Shown: positions 17,672 to 31,288, numbered from the stretch's first letter. The stretch is DNA of 64,000 nt from Planctomycetia bacterium (GCA_026401035.1 JAPLNR010000065.1:3969-67968), one strand, 5' to 3'. Made by a program: numbers and translations. The notes: generated by a model from the letters alone, not told the origin.

Positions 17672-18501
17672 ACCGTCCCGCCGCCGGCCTCGGCGACACG
17701 GTGCTGCTCGCCGACGTGGGAAACACGCGGATCAAACTGGCCGTCGTCAGCGACCACGGCCTCGACGCCACGGGTTTGCGGCGGCTGCCGACCGTAGGCC
17801 TCCGGCAGGATCTCGACAGCCACGCCTTCCGCCCCGAAAACCTCGAGCGCTGGCTCATGTCGGCCGCCCCGGGATCGGCGGTCGTGCTCGTGGCGAGCGT
17901 GCATGATGCGGCCGCGACGCGACTCGAGGCCGTTCTTGCCGCGGTGTCGGCCACGAGCCACCGCCCGCTGCGGCAGCGTCGCATCGGCCATGCCGATCTG
18001 CCGCTGTCGATCGGCCTCGACGAGCCGCACAAGACCGGCATCGACCGGCTCGCGGCAGCGGCAGCGGCGGCGATCGTGAAGACACCCGACCGCGGGGCGA
18101 TCATCGTCGACTGCGGCACGGCGGCCACCGTCGACATGCTCGCCGCAGACGGCACCTTTCTCGGCGGCGCGATCCTGCCCGGTCCGGCACTCATGGCCCG
18201 GGCCCTGGCCGACGGCACGAGCAAACTGCCCGCGGTGGCGGCGCTCGAACGGTCGGCGCCGCCGGCGATGCCCGGCCGCACCACCCACGAGGCGATCGCC
18301 GCAGGCATCGGCTGGGGCATCCATGGCGCGATCGCGAAACTCGTCGCCGAGGCCCGCGGCGTGCTCGGCTCTGATGCCGACGTGATTCTGACGGGCGGCT
18401 GGCGCGGCGCCGTCCGTGCGGCCCTGCCGGAAGCGATCGACCTGCCCGATCTCGTGCTCTGCGGCATCGCCCTCGCCGCCGAACGCGCCTGCGCCCGGTA
18501 G
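17668..18501 (+). CDS. coaX: type III pantothenate kinase
   Basis: ATGA overlap with obg. LLADVGNTRIKLAV, GIDRLAAA, VDCGTAATVD, TGGW. Confidence 0.85.
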   Translation: MNRPAAGLGDTVLLADVGNTRIKLAVVSDHGLDATGLRRLPTVGLRQDLDSHAFRPENLERWLMSAAPGSAVVLVASVHDAAATRLEAVLAAVSATSHRPLRQRRIGHADLPLSIGLDEPHKTGIDRLAAAAAAAIVKTPDRGAIIVDCGTAATVDMLAADGTFLGGAILPGPALMARALADGTSKLPAVAALERSAPPAMPGRTTHEAIAAGIGWGIHGAIAKLVAEARGVLGSDADVILTGGWRGAVRAALPEAIDLPDLVLCGIALAAERACAR

Positions 18502-18519
18502 GACAGGCTTCAGCCTGTC
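18502..18519. repeat. Family C palindromic hairpin gacaggcttcagcctgtc (copy C1), immediately after the coaX stop
   Basis: 7-bp stem with a 4-nt loop. The same motif occurs at 25211-25230 and 60822-60839, each just downstream of a stop codon. Confidence 0.7.
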
Positions 18520-18601
18520 GGGCCGTGGTTTTCCGGGTAGACTCCGGAGGCAGCGTGTCCCGCCTGAAACCGGCCTGAAATCTTTAGGAACCCTTCGCTC
18601 C

Positions 18602-19021
18602 GTGAGTCCCGTCAGCAAAGCCGCCGAGAACCCCGCCAGCCGTTCGTCTGATGATCGCTCCCGGCTCCTGGCGCTCACCGCGGCCCGAGTGGCCGCCGAG
18701 GCCCGGGGCACCGACGTGAAGATCCTCGATCTTCGCGAGATCACGCCGGTCTTCGACTACTTCGTGATCGCCACCGGCACCAGCCGGCGGCAGATCCATG
18801 CGATGGCCGACGAGATCGAAAATGTCGTGAAGGCCGAATTGCACGACAAGCGCCGCGGTGCCGAAGGGTACGAGGAAGGCCGCTGGATCGTGCTCGACTA
18901 CGGTGACGTGGTGGTCCATCTCTTCGATACCGAGTCGCGGGAATACTGGGATCTCGAGCATCTCTGGAGCGATGCCCGCAGCGTCGCCCCGCCCGCGGTC
19001 GGAGCGGCCCGCGATGGCTGA
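18602..19021 (+). CDS. rsfS: ribosome silencing factor RsfS (iojap-like)
   Basis: DVKILDLREITPVFDYFVIATGTSRRQIHAMADEI and W.VLDYGDVVVHLF....REYWDLE. GTG start inferred, since no in-frame ATG lies after the coaX stop. Confidence 0.85.
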   Translation: MSPVSKAAENPASRSSDDRSRLLALTAARVAAEARGTDVKILDLREITPVFDYFVIATGTSRRQIHAMADEIENVVKAELHDKRRGAEGYEEGRWIVLDYGDVVVHLFDTESREYWDLEHLWSDARSVAPPAVGAARDG

Positions 19022-20870
19022 TCCGGCAGTTGGAGATTCCAGCGGCGCTGGATCCCCGGTGAATTTTCGTGCCGCCCTCCGCGGGATGTTTGGCGCGGCG
19101 CTCGAGCGACTCTCCGCGGATGGCATCGTGGCGATCGCGGCCGAGGATCTTTCCGGGCTGCTCGAGCAGGTCAGGGAAACGGCCGATCAAAAATTCGGCG
19201 ATTATTCGGGCACGATGGCGATGGCGCTGGCGAAGCGGGCCGGGAAGAAGCCGCGGGATGTCGCCATCGAGATCATCAACCGCCTCGACGTGGGCGACCT
19301 CTTCGAACCACCGGCCGAGCCCGTGGGACCGGGGTTCATCAATGTGCGGGTTCGCGACGACGCGCTGGCGCGGGCCGTTGTGGCCGCCGTGCACGACGCC
19401 CGGCACGGCGTCGCGCCGGTCGCGGTGCCCGAGACGATCGTGCTCGACTACTCGTCGCCGAACGTTGCCAAGCCGATGCACGTGGGGCACATCCGCTCGA
19501 CCGTGATCGGCGACGCGCTGGCCAAGATCCTGAAGTTTCGCGGCCACCACACGATCACCGACAATCACCTCGGCGACTGGGGCACGCAGTTCGGCATGAT
19601 TCTCTGGGGCTGGAAGCACTGCCGCGACGATGCCCGGTTCGCCGCCGATCCGACCGCCGAACTGGGCCGGCTGTACCGACTGGTGCGGAAGGTCGCCGAC
19701 AGGAAGCCCGAGGAACTGGCGGCCGATTCCGAGGCGGCGGCGCTCGCGCAGCAGCATCCCGAGGCCGGCCGCGAGGTGCTCGCCGAGACGGCCAGGCTCC
19801 ACGAGGGGGATCCCGAAAACCGGGCGCTCTGGGAGCGTTTCATGCCGGTCTGCCGCGCCGAGATCGACCGGATCTACTCCCGGCTGCACGTCTCCTTCGA
19901 CCACACGCTCGGCGAGAGTTTCTACCAGCCGCTGCTCGGCGGCGTGGTCGCCGACCTCGTGCAGAAGGGAATTGCCCGCGAGAGCCGCGGGGCGATCGGT
20001 GTGTTTTTAAACGGCGACGACCAGCCACCCCTCCTGATCCGCAAGGCCGACGGGGCGTTTCTCTACGCCACGACCGACCTGGCCACGATCCAGTGGCGGC
20101 TGGAGCACTGGAAGCCCGAACGGATTCTCTACGTCGTCGATCATCGGCAGAGCCAGCACTTCGAGCAGTTGTTCGCCACGGCCCGGAAATGGGGTGCGGG
20201 CGACGTCGAACTGGTGCATGTCGCCTTCGGCACCGTGCTCGGCGACGACGGCAAGCCCTTCAAGACGCGGTCCGGCGACACGGTGGGCCTCGAAGCGCTG
20301 CTCGACGAGGGCGTGGCGCGGGCGCTCGGCGTGGTGACCGCGGCTGACGCCGAGCGTGGTACCGGCACGGCCGCCGACCAGCAGCGGGGGATCGCCGAAG
20401 CAGTCGGGATCGGCGCGATCAAATACGCCGATCTCTCGCAGAACCGCACGACGGACTACGTCTTCAGCTTTGACAAGATGCTGCAGCTCACCGGCAACAC
20501 CGCGGCCTACATGCAGTATGCCGTCGCCCGGGTCGAAGGCATCTTCGCGAAAGGGGGCATCGATCGCGGACAGATGCGTCGGGAGTGCCACGGCGTGCTG
20601 TTGACGGATCCCCGCGAGCGAACGCTGGCGCTGAAGCTCCTGCGGTTCGCCGAGACGCTCGAAGACGTCGAGGCCGACTACCGCCCGAACGTGCTCACGG
20701 CCTATCTCTACGACGTCGCGGGGGCCTACTCGACGTTCTATGACGCGCTCTCCGTGCTCAAGGCGGCGGGCGCGGAGCGGGCCTCGCGGCTCGCGCTCTG
20801 CGACCTCACCGGGCAGGTGCTCCGCAAGGGTCTGGAGCTTCTCGGCATCAGGATGCCAGAGCGGATGTAG
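19014..20870 (+). CDS. argS: arginine--tRNA ligase
   Basis: DYSSPNVAKPMHVGHIRSTVIGDAL (HIGH-type) and the C-terminal anticodon-binding region ending in ..RM. Overlaps rsfS by 8 nt. Confidence 0.95.
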   Translation: MADPAVGDSSGAGSPVNFRAALRGMFGAALERLSADGIVAIAAEDLSGLLEQVRETADQKFGDYSGTMAMALAKRAGKKPRDVAIEIINRLDVGDLFEPPAEPVGPGFINVRVRDDALARAVVAAVHDARHGVAPVAVPETIVLDYSSPNVAKPMHVGHIRSTVIGDALAKILKFRGHHTITDNHLGDWGTQFGMILWGWKHCRDDARFAADPTAELGRLYRLVRKVADRKPEELAADSEAAALAQQHPEAGREVLAETARLHEGDPENRALWERFMPVCRAEIDRIYSRLHVSFDHTLGESFYQPLLGGVVADLVQKGIARESRGAIGVFLNGDDQPPLLIRKADGAFLYATTDLATIQWRLEHWKPERILYVVDHRQSQHFEQLFATARKWGAGDVELVHVAFGTVLGDDGKPFKTRSGDTVGLEALLDEGVARALGVVTAADAERGTGTAADQQRGIAEAVGIGAIKYADLSQNRTTDYVFSFDKMLQLTGNTAAYMQYAVARVEGIFAKGGIDRGQMRRECHGVLLTDPRERTLALKLLRFAETLEDVEADYRPNVLTAYLYDVAGAYSTFYDALSVLKAAGAERASRLALCDLTGQVLRKGLELLGIRMPERM

Positions 20871-20888
20871 CCTTTTCCGCGATCAGGA

Positions 20889-22130
20889 TCATGCGGCCAG
20901 TCGTGGCCGGTGGCAGCTGGCCGGCCCCGCTGTGTTTCGCCACTCGAGCGTCCGGCCCCGGGCCGCGAGCACCTCCGCATAGACCCCGATGATCGCCGCG
21001 AAGGAGGCATTGCTGCCACGCGCGCGCGCCAGTTGCCGGGCAGCCAGGCCGACGACGGCCCGCCGCCACCGGTCGACTGCGAGAACGGCAAGGCACTCGG
21101 CCAGCGCGTCCGTGTCGCGCGGTCCATCGATCACGAAGCCGTCGACTCCGGGCGTGATGAGTTCGCTGGCTCCGTTGTGCCGGGTCGTGATCACCGGCAG
21201 GCCGCTGGCCAACGACTCGAGCGTGGTGAGACTGCAGGCGTCGTAGAACGACGGTTGTACCGCGATGTCGGCGGCGGCGTAGTACGCTGCCACGTCGGTG
21301 ACGCGGCCGACGTGCACCACGGCTGCATCGGACCGGCCATGGCCCGATCCACCGCATGTCAGCAGCCGCACCGGCAGGGCATCGCGCCTCAGCCGGCGGA
21401 TCACGCGTTCGAGCACGTGCAGGCCCTTAAGCCGATGGTTGTGCGCCACCGCGATCACGACCACATCGTCGGCGTCGAATCCGAGCCGCCGCCGCAGCGC
21501 GTTGCCGGCCTCGCGGTTTCGCACGGCATCGAAACGATCGGCATCGACGCCGTTGTGAACCACCCGGATCCGTTCGGCTGGCACGCCGTGCAACGCGGTG
21601 ATGTCGGTGGCGACACGCCGCGAGACGGCGACGATCAGCGATCCGCCCGCGGCGAACTGCCGCTTCGTGAACCGGACCAGGTCGCGGCGTCGCGAGCAGG
21701 TGCGCATCAGCCGGCGCAGCGGCCGATACCACGCCGGGTGCGCCATGTCGGCGGCCCGCTGACACGCAAGCGACGAGCCGACGTGCGGCTGAAACACGTC
21801 ACAGCCCAGGGCCGCGCCCATGTCGTGGGTCACGTCCGGCCGGATCGCGGCGAGCCGCTCGCTGCCGGCCGCCGCAAAAGCGACGCGGCCCGATCGCGGC
21901 TCAACCTCGTGAAAAACCAGCGGCAGCCTCTGTTCCATCGGACCAATCGAGCGGGCGAGGACGTGCACCTCGCAGCCTCGGTTGGCCAGCCAGCCGGCGA
22001 GATCGCGGGTGTAAATCTCCGCACCGCCACGGCCGTCGAACCGGTCGATGACCAGCGCGATCCTCGGCCGACTCGCGCCGCGAGGAAGATCTCGGATGAC
22101 GAGGTTCTGCATAAGAACCTTGTCGACCAT
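20889..22130 (-). CDS. glycosyltransferase, GT-B fold (GT4/GT1-like)
   Basis: RIALVIDRFDGRGGAEIYTRDLAGWL at the N-terminus and C-terminal VQPSFYDACSLTTLESLASGLPVITT..GASELI. Alternative start at 22112. Confidence 0.8.
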   Translation of the reverse strand: MVDKVLMQNLVIRDLPRGASRPRIALVIDRFDGRGGAEIYTRDLAGWLANRGCEVHVLARSIGPMEQRLPLVFHEVEPRSGRVAFAAAGSERLAAIRPDVTHDMGAALGCDVFQPHVGSSLACQRAADMAHPAWYRPLRRLMRTCSRRRDLVRFTKRQFAAGGSLIVAVSRRVATDITALHGVPAERIRVVHNGVDADRFDAVRNREAGNALRRRLGFDADDVVVIAVAHNHRLKGLHVLERVIRRLRRDALPVRLLTCGGSGHGRSDAAVVHVGRVTDVAAYYAAADIAVQPSFYDACSLTTLESLASGLPVITTRHNGASELITPGVDGFVIDGPRDTDALAECLAVLAVDRWRRAVVGLAARQLARARGSNASFAAIIGVYAEVLAARGRTLEWRNTAGPASCHRPRLAA

Positions 22131-22345
22131 CCGTGCTTCGTGTGGTGAGCGGCCGCTGAGCGACTGCCCGCCACGCGGCAGCCATCCCCGTCGCCCCGTC
22201 GTCCGCATTTCACCCAACTCGCCCCGGCCTTCCGAGGCCCCGCGCTGGTTGCCGGCGGCGGATAATTTCAGAAATCCAGACCGGAGTCCTCACGGCGTCG
22301 GTTTGCCGGCACCGATGGTAACCGCATGGCGAGGCCGCGGGACAC

Positions 22346-23419
22346 ATGGTCCAACGGCACTCTTCGAAAGGTCTGGCTGACGTGCGGCGACTACTGGCCC
22401 TCTCCGAAGGACACGACTTCGTCTGCTACCGCTACCGACTGGCGGCATTCTCCGCTGCGCTGCGCGCCGCCGGCTGGGAGCTGGTACTGCTGCGGCGGCC
22501 GCGGGGTGCGGTCGAGTTTACTGCGGCTCTCCGGTGGATCCGCGCGGCGGATGCCGTCATCGTGCAGCGCCGGCTGCTGGGCTGGGCGAAGGCGGCCCTC
22601 GTGCGTCGCTGCGCCGGCACCCTGATCTACGATTTCGACGACGCAGTTTTCAGCCGTGACAGCAATGCTTCCCACGGGCCCGATGATCCACGGCGGTGGC
22701 AAGGCTTTCGCCGAATGGTGCGTGCCGCCGATGCCACGCTCGCCGGCTCGACCCACCTCCGCGAGCAGGCGAATCGTTGCGGCGCTCCGGAACGCATTCA
22801 CCGGCTGCCGACCTGTGTCGACACTGGCCGCTACGAACCCGCGGCCCATGACCGTCCGGCTGGTACGGCGGAACTCGTCTGGGTCGGCAGCCGCAGCACG
22901 ATGCCTTCGTTGGTCGAGGCCCGCGGCTGCCTCGCCGCCGCGGCCGCCGCGAAGCCGGGCGTGACCCTCAACGTGATCTGCGATGTGTTTCCGAATCTCG
23001 ATGGGATCCCGCTGCGTACGACCGAGTGGTCGGCCGCCACGGAGACCCGTGACATCGCGCGGGCCGACATCGGGATTGCGTGGCTTCCCGACCACCCGTG
23101 GAGCCTGGGCAAGTGCGGCCTCAAGGTGCTGCAGTACATGGCCGCGGGGCTGCCCGTGGTGGCCAACGCCGTCGGCATCCACCGCGAGTTGGTCGAACAC
23201 GGCGTCACCGGTTTCTTGGCGAACGATCCGCAGGAGTGGCGCGCTGCCGTGACGGCGTTGGTGGAGTCGCCTGCGCTGCGGCGCTGCATGGGGGCCGCGG
23301 CCCGGGCCCGCGTGGAACGCGATTGGAGCGTGCAGTGCTGGGGCCCGCGGCTGGCCACCATTCTCAGCGAGACCGCCGACGCGCGCTCCGCGAAGCGTGC
23401 CGGAGGGCGCGCCGCATGA
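22346..23419 (+). CDS. glycosyltransferase, GT-B fold (GT1-like)
   Basis: KCGLKVLQYMAAGLPVVANAVGIHRELVEHGVTGFLA is the typical E..E-region motif. Divergent from the previous GT. Confidence 0.75.
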   Translation: MVQRHSSKGLADVRRLLALSEGHDFVCYRYRLAAFSAALRAAGWELVLLRRPRGAVEFTAALRWIRAADAVIVQRRLLGWAKAALVRRCAGTLIYDFDDAVFSRDSNASHGPDDPRRWQGFRRMVRAADATLAGSTHLREQANRCGAPERIHRLPTCVDTGRYEPAAHDRPAGTAELVWVGSRSTMPSLVEARGCLAAAAAAKPGVTLNVICDVFPNLDGIPLRTTEWSAATETRDIARADIGIAWLPDHPWSLGKCGLKVLQYMAAGLPVVANAVGIHRELVEHGVTGFLANDPQEWRAAVTALVESPALRRCMGAAARARVERDWSVQCWGPRLATILSETADARSAKRAGGRAA

Positions 23420-24219
23420 CCGTCGAACGTGCCGTCCCCGAGACGCCGGAATGGGCCGACCTCGGAGCGGCTCATCTCGCCCGCTACCTGATGGCCGGTG
23501 AGTTCGTCGCTGGCTGCCGCGTGCTCGACGTCGGTTCGGGGGCCGGCTACGGCGCCGCCGTGCTCCGTTCTGCGGGGGCAATGTTCGTGCAGGGTGTCGA
23601 TGCCGATCCGGCGGCTGTCGCGGCGGCGGCCCGGCGATTCGCCGCCGCAGGGATCGCCTTCACCGTCGACGACTGCGAGGAACTGCGGAGCGTCGACGCC
23701 GGATGGCAGGTGATCACCTGCTTCGAGGTGATCGAGCACCTCCGGCGTCCCGAGTCGTTTCTCATGCGGGCCGCTGCGCAGTTGACGGCCGACGGCGTGC
23801 TCGTGGTGTCGACGCCCGACCGCGCCGCGTCGCCCCCGTTCGTCGACGGCCGGCCCCGCAACCGCTTCCACGAACATGAATGGTATCGCGACGATTTCTC
23901 CGCCCTTTTGCGCCGGTATTTCCACGAGGTCGAGATCCGTGTGCAGGTAGAGAGCACGGCGCTGCAGTGCCGTGTCGCTGCCGTCCGTGCCCTGCGGGAA
24001 GGGTTGACGGTGAGCAATCCGCTGACGGTGTTTCCCTGGCGGAAGTGGCCGTTCCAGCGGAAGGCCGACCGCGCGTGGACGAGGCTCGCCGGGCTCGCCG
24101 CGCCGGGGCTCGCCGATTTTCCGATCGTGCCCGCTCCGCTGGCACCTCTCTACGGAGCGCCGCGGTTCACCATCGGTGTCTGCCGGCAGCCGGTGCCGAT
24201 CACGGAGGCGACGCGATGA
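23416..24219 (+). CDS. class I SAM-dependent methyltransferase
   Basis: ATGA overlap with the upstream GT. RVLDVGSGAGYGAAVL (motif I) and ITCFEVIEHL. Confidence 0.8.
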   Translation: MTVERAVPETPEWADLGAAHLARYLMAGEFVAGCRVLDVGSGAGYGAAVLRSAGAMFVQGVDADPAAVAAAARRFAAAGIAFTVDDCEELRSVDAGWQVITCFEVIEHLRRPESFLMRAAAQLTADGVLVVSTPDRAASPPFVDGRPRNRFHEHEWYRDDFSALLRRYFHEVEIRVQVESTALQCRVAAVRALREGLTVSNPLTVFPWRKWPFQRKADRAWTRLAGLAAPGLADFPIVPAPLAPLYGAPRFTIGVCRQPVPITEATR

Positions 24220-25169
24220 GCTGGCTGAGCAAGGGGCCGATCGGCCGCGCGTGGGATGAGTGGCGGCAACGCGATCTTCAGGCGGGCGACGACGCCGAGG
24301 ATTTCCTGGTCGTCACCTGGGATTCATGCCGCTTTGACGTGTACGAAGACGCCTGCACGCCGGTGCTCGACCGCCACGGCCGTGCCCGCCGCGCCTGGGC
24401 CATGGCCACCTACACGCTGCCGGCCCACCAGGCGCTCTTCAATGGCTTCCTGCCCCACGTCTTCGAGCCGGAGCCCTACTACAACCGGTTCGTGCAGCAG
24501 CTCTGGCGGATCTCGCACCGCAACGTGAAGACCAAGCCGCTCGTCACCTTTCCCGAGGGCACCGTGAACGTCGTCAGCGGCTTCCGCAAGCGCGGCTACG
24601 CCACGCTCGGGGTGGCGGCGATGGACTGGTTCGTGCGGCCGAGCCCGCTGCAGGATGGCTTCGAGTGGTTTCGAGTGACCGGTACCGATGCCCGCCGCCA
24701 AGTGAAGCTGCTCTGCGACCGGATCGACCGCGTGGGCCCGCGCCGCCCCTGCTTCGCGTTCGTCAACTTTGGCGAGACCCACAGCCCGTTTCGTCATGCC
24801 GACATGCCGGGGGGCCCCGATCCGCTCGCCGACCGTATGAGTCTCGGCAGGCTGTTCAACGCCTCCGGTGTCCGGGAGGCGACGGCGGCGCTCGACCGCG
24901 ACCTCTGGCTACGGCAGCGGGAGTGCGCCGAATACCTCGATGCTCGGATGGCCGACCTGCTGGCCTGCTTCGCGGCGCGAGCACGCCCGACGACGGTGGT
25001 GGTCACTGCGGATCATGGCGAGTGCCTCGGCGAGGAGGGCTTGTATGGGCATGCCTTTCACCATGAGAAGGTGATGGAGGTGCCGCTGCTGATCTTCCGG
25101 CTCAACGCCGGGCCTCATCGATGTGACCCTCCCGTGAGTCGTCAGGCTCTACGGCGCTCGTCGGCCTGA
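24216..25169 (+). CDS. alkaline-phosphatase-superfamily (sulfatase-like) hydrolase/transferase
   Basis: ATGA overlap with the methyltransferase. VVTWDSCRFD near the N-terminus and TADHGECLGEEGLYGH near the C-terminus. Confidence 0.65.
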   Translation: MSWLSKGPIGRAWDEWRQRDLQAGDDAEDFLVVTWDSCRFDVYEDACTPVLDRHGRARRAWAMATYTLPAHQALFNGFLPHVFEPEPYYNRFVQQLWRISHRNVKTKPLVTFPEGTVNVVSGFRKRGYATLGVAAMDWFVRPSPLQDGFEWFRVTGTDARRQVKLLCDRIDRVGPRRPCFAFVNFGETHSPFRHADMPGGPDPLADRMSLGRLFNASGVREATAALDRDLWLRQRECAEYLDARMADLLACFAARARPTTVVVTADHGECLGEEGLYGHAFHHEKVMEVPLLIFRLNAGPHRCDPPVSRQALRRSSA

Positions 25170-25210
25170 ACGGGTTACGTTCCAATTGTGTTCGGTACGG
25201 CACGAAAGTA

Positions 25211-25230
25211 TGACGGGCTTCAGCCTGTCA
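25211..25230. repeat. Family C hairpin (copy C2), tgacgggcttcagcctgtca
   Basis: One-mismatch version of the C motif, 42 nt after the stop at 25169. The next ~35 nt also resemble 60840-60875 (..tgctga......attggtcgccggc). Confidence 0.65.
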
Positions 25231-25438
25231 TCGCTCGGCACTTGCTGACACGCCGTATTGGTCGCCGGCCTTGCCGGGCTGGTCTGCTGGAACAGGCGAC
25301 GGGCTGCAAAGATCACGGTCCGACTGATCGCCCCCTGGAGAGATGTCCTTGGCCGTGCAGCCGCACCGGCGCGGGTGGACAATCGGCCTCGGGGCGTGAA
25401 TGATCTCGGGTTCGTTTGACGAAACCTCGAGACGCTCC

Positions 25439-27553
<2,115 letters not shown>

Positions 27554-27699
27554 TCAATCGCCCTTCAGCAAATTCTTGAGCCGTGCCATCGAAGTGCGGC
27601 CGATGGGGAACGGCTCGGTGAGGCCGGCGACTGGCCAGCCATCTGCACCCGGGAATCAGTTCGGACGGCTTCTCAGATCGAGGACAAGATAAAAGCCCG

Positions 27700-29556
<1,857 letters not shown>

Positions 29557-29650
29557 GGGGCGACTTGGAGGGAGCGTGGTGACGTTGGCTGCTGGTATGC
29601 TACGCGGAACGTTCCGGCACGTTTTTGAGAACCCCATGGAGTGCATGCCA

Positions 29651-30397
29651 ATGCGCCGTTTCCTGCCCTTCTTCCTCGTCCTTGTCGCCTGTGCCCCCTT
29701 TGCCAAAACATCCGCCAACGAGGCCGCCACGATGGCGCCGCCGGAGGCCAGCGGCATGCAGGTGCTCTTCAACGGGAAGGATCTCACCGGCTGGGACGGC
29801 GATCCGCGGCTCTGGAGCGTGAAGGAGGGTGTTATTCATGGGGAAACGACACCTGAGAACGTGGCGGCCGGCAACACGTTTCTCATCTGGCAGGGGGGCA
29901 CCGTCGGTGATTTCGAACTGCGGCTCTCGTTTCGCTGCAACGCCACCAACAACTCGGGAATTCAGTATCGTTCGCGGCGGATCCCCGAAGCATCGGCAAA
30001 AAACAAGTGGGTGGTTCGCGGCTACCAGCACGAAGTCCGCAACGAAAATAAACTGCCAAACGTGACGGGCTTCATCTATGACGAAGGGGGCAAGCGGGGG
30101 CGAATTTGCCAGGTGGGCGAGCAGGCGACGTGGGAGGCAGAAGGGGGCAAAAAGGTCGTCAGATCGCTCATCGACCAGGATGAATTCACAAACCTGATGA
30201 AACTCGATGACTGGAACGATGTCGTCATCAGTGCCGAGGGAAAGCGGATCCGGCATTACCTCAACGGCCGGCTGATTCTTGATTTCACGGATAATGAGCC
30301 GAAATTGGCCTCTGGTGAAGGGGTGCTGGCGCTGCAACTCCACGCTGGCAAGCCGATGTGGGCCGAATACCGCAATATCCGTTTCAGCAGTCGCTGA
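29651..30397 (+). CDS. secreted DUF1080 (3-keto-disaccharide hydrolase-like) domain protein
   Basis: Signal peptide MRRFLPFFLVLVACAPFA. LFNGKDLTGWDG....W.V.EGVI.G and GIQYRS, with a terminal LQLH....W.EYRNIRF. Alternative starts at 29636 and 29645. Confidence 0.75.
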   Translation: MRRFLPFFLVLVACAPFAKTSANEAATMAPPEASGMQVLFNGKDLTGWDGDPRLWSVKEGVIHGETTPENVAAGNTFLIWQGGTVGDFELRLSFRCNATNNSGIQYRSRRIPEASAKNKWVVRGYQHEVRNENKLPNVTGFIYDEGGKRGRICQVGEQATWEAEGGKKVVRSLIDQDEFTNLMKLDDWNDVVISAEGKRIRHYLNGRLILDFTDNEPKLASGEGVLALQLHAGKPMWAEYRNIRFSSR

Positions 30398-30495
30398 ATC
30401 GCAGCCCTTTCGGGGGGTATCGGCATTTTCGACCACTGCTCCGGGCTGCCTTTCACGTGCAGGCAGGGGCTGGTTGGCTGTGAAATCCCGGTGTG

Positions 30496-30524
30496 TTGAC
30501 ATGCCCACGGCGGCCTTTTAGATT
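30496..30524 (+). promoter_or_regulatory. candidate sigma-70-type promoter of the S10 operon: TTGACA, 17-nt spacer, TAGATT
   Basis: ttgaca (30496-30501), a 17-nt spacer, then tagatt (30519-30524), ~180 nt upstream of rpsJ in an AT-richer spacer. Confidence 0.45.
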
Positions 30525-30702
30525 CCGGAACTCAATCCCGCAGCGAAGCCCGCGGCCACAAGCCGCATGAGGCCGTCGCGAAAAGAGCCTCGAAAAGGCT
30601 TTTCTTCGGGGTTACGAGGGAGTTCTCGCATGGATTCATGCCGGAGCCGCCATCGTGATCCTGCGATCGATTGGACGACGATAGTGATGATATTGGCCGA
30701 AC

Positions 30703-31056
30703 TTGGCCGTATTCATTGGAGTGAAAACAGTGGCCGGTCCGACACAGGAAATTATCCGCATCCGCATGGAAGCCTACGACCATGCCGTTCTCGACCAGAG
30801 TGCGGCAGAAATCGTTGACACGGCCAAGCGCACAAACTCCGAGGTGCACGGGCCGATTCCGCTGCCGACGCGGATCGAGCGTTACACCGTCCTCTCCAGC
30901 CCGCACATCGACAAGAAGGCCCGCCAGCAGTATGAGATCAGGACGCATAAGCGCGTGATCGACATCGTTCAGGCAACCGCCAAGACGATCGAAGCGCTCA
31001 ACAAGTTGAGTCTTCCGGCCGGCGTCGACATCAAGATCAAGGCTTCATCGAGATAG
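30703..31056 (+). CDS. rpsJ: 30S ribosomal protein S10
   Basis: [14 protein letters not shown]...IVDTAKRT...V.GPIPLPT and [25 protein letters not shown]. The start is uncertain: TTG at 30703 or GTG at 30721. Confidence 0.9.
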   Translation: MAVFIGVKTVAGPTQEIIRIRMEAYDHAVLDQSAAEIVDTAKRTNSEVHGPIPLPTRIERYTVLSSPHIDKKARQQYEIRTHKRVIDIVQATAKTIEALNKLSLPAGVDIKIKASSR

Positions 31057-31288
31057 TTCATTCCCGCGGTTCGTTCCGCGGGTCGTACGTAAACAGGTTT
31101 TTCACTTTCAGGAGCGCACGACACGGCATGCTTGGAAGGCGTTGTGGGTAAGGCTCGGCCAGTCCCGTCAAAAGACGGGGAAAACGGTCGGGTGCTCCCG
31201 CAGCCAGCGGCTTCGAGCGTGATCGAGAGACATTCAGTCGGACCGTTGCCATTCGTGGTGCAGGTTCGGCGTGGCTGTCTCGACGGCG

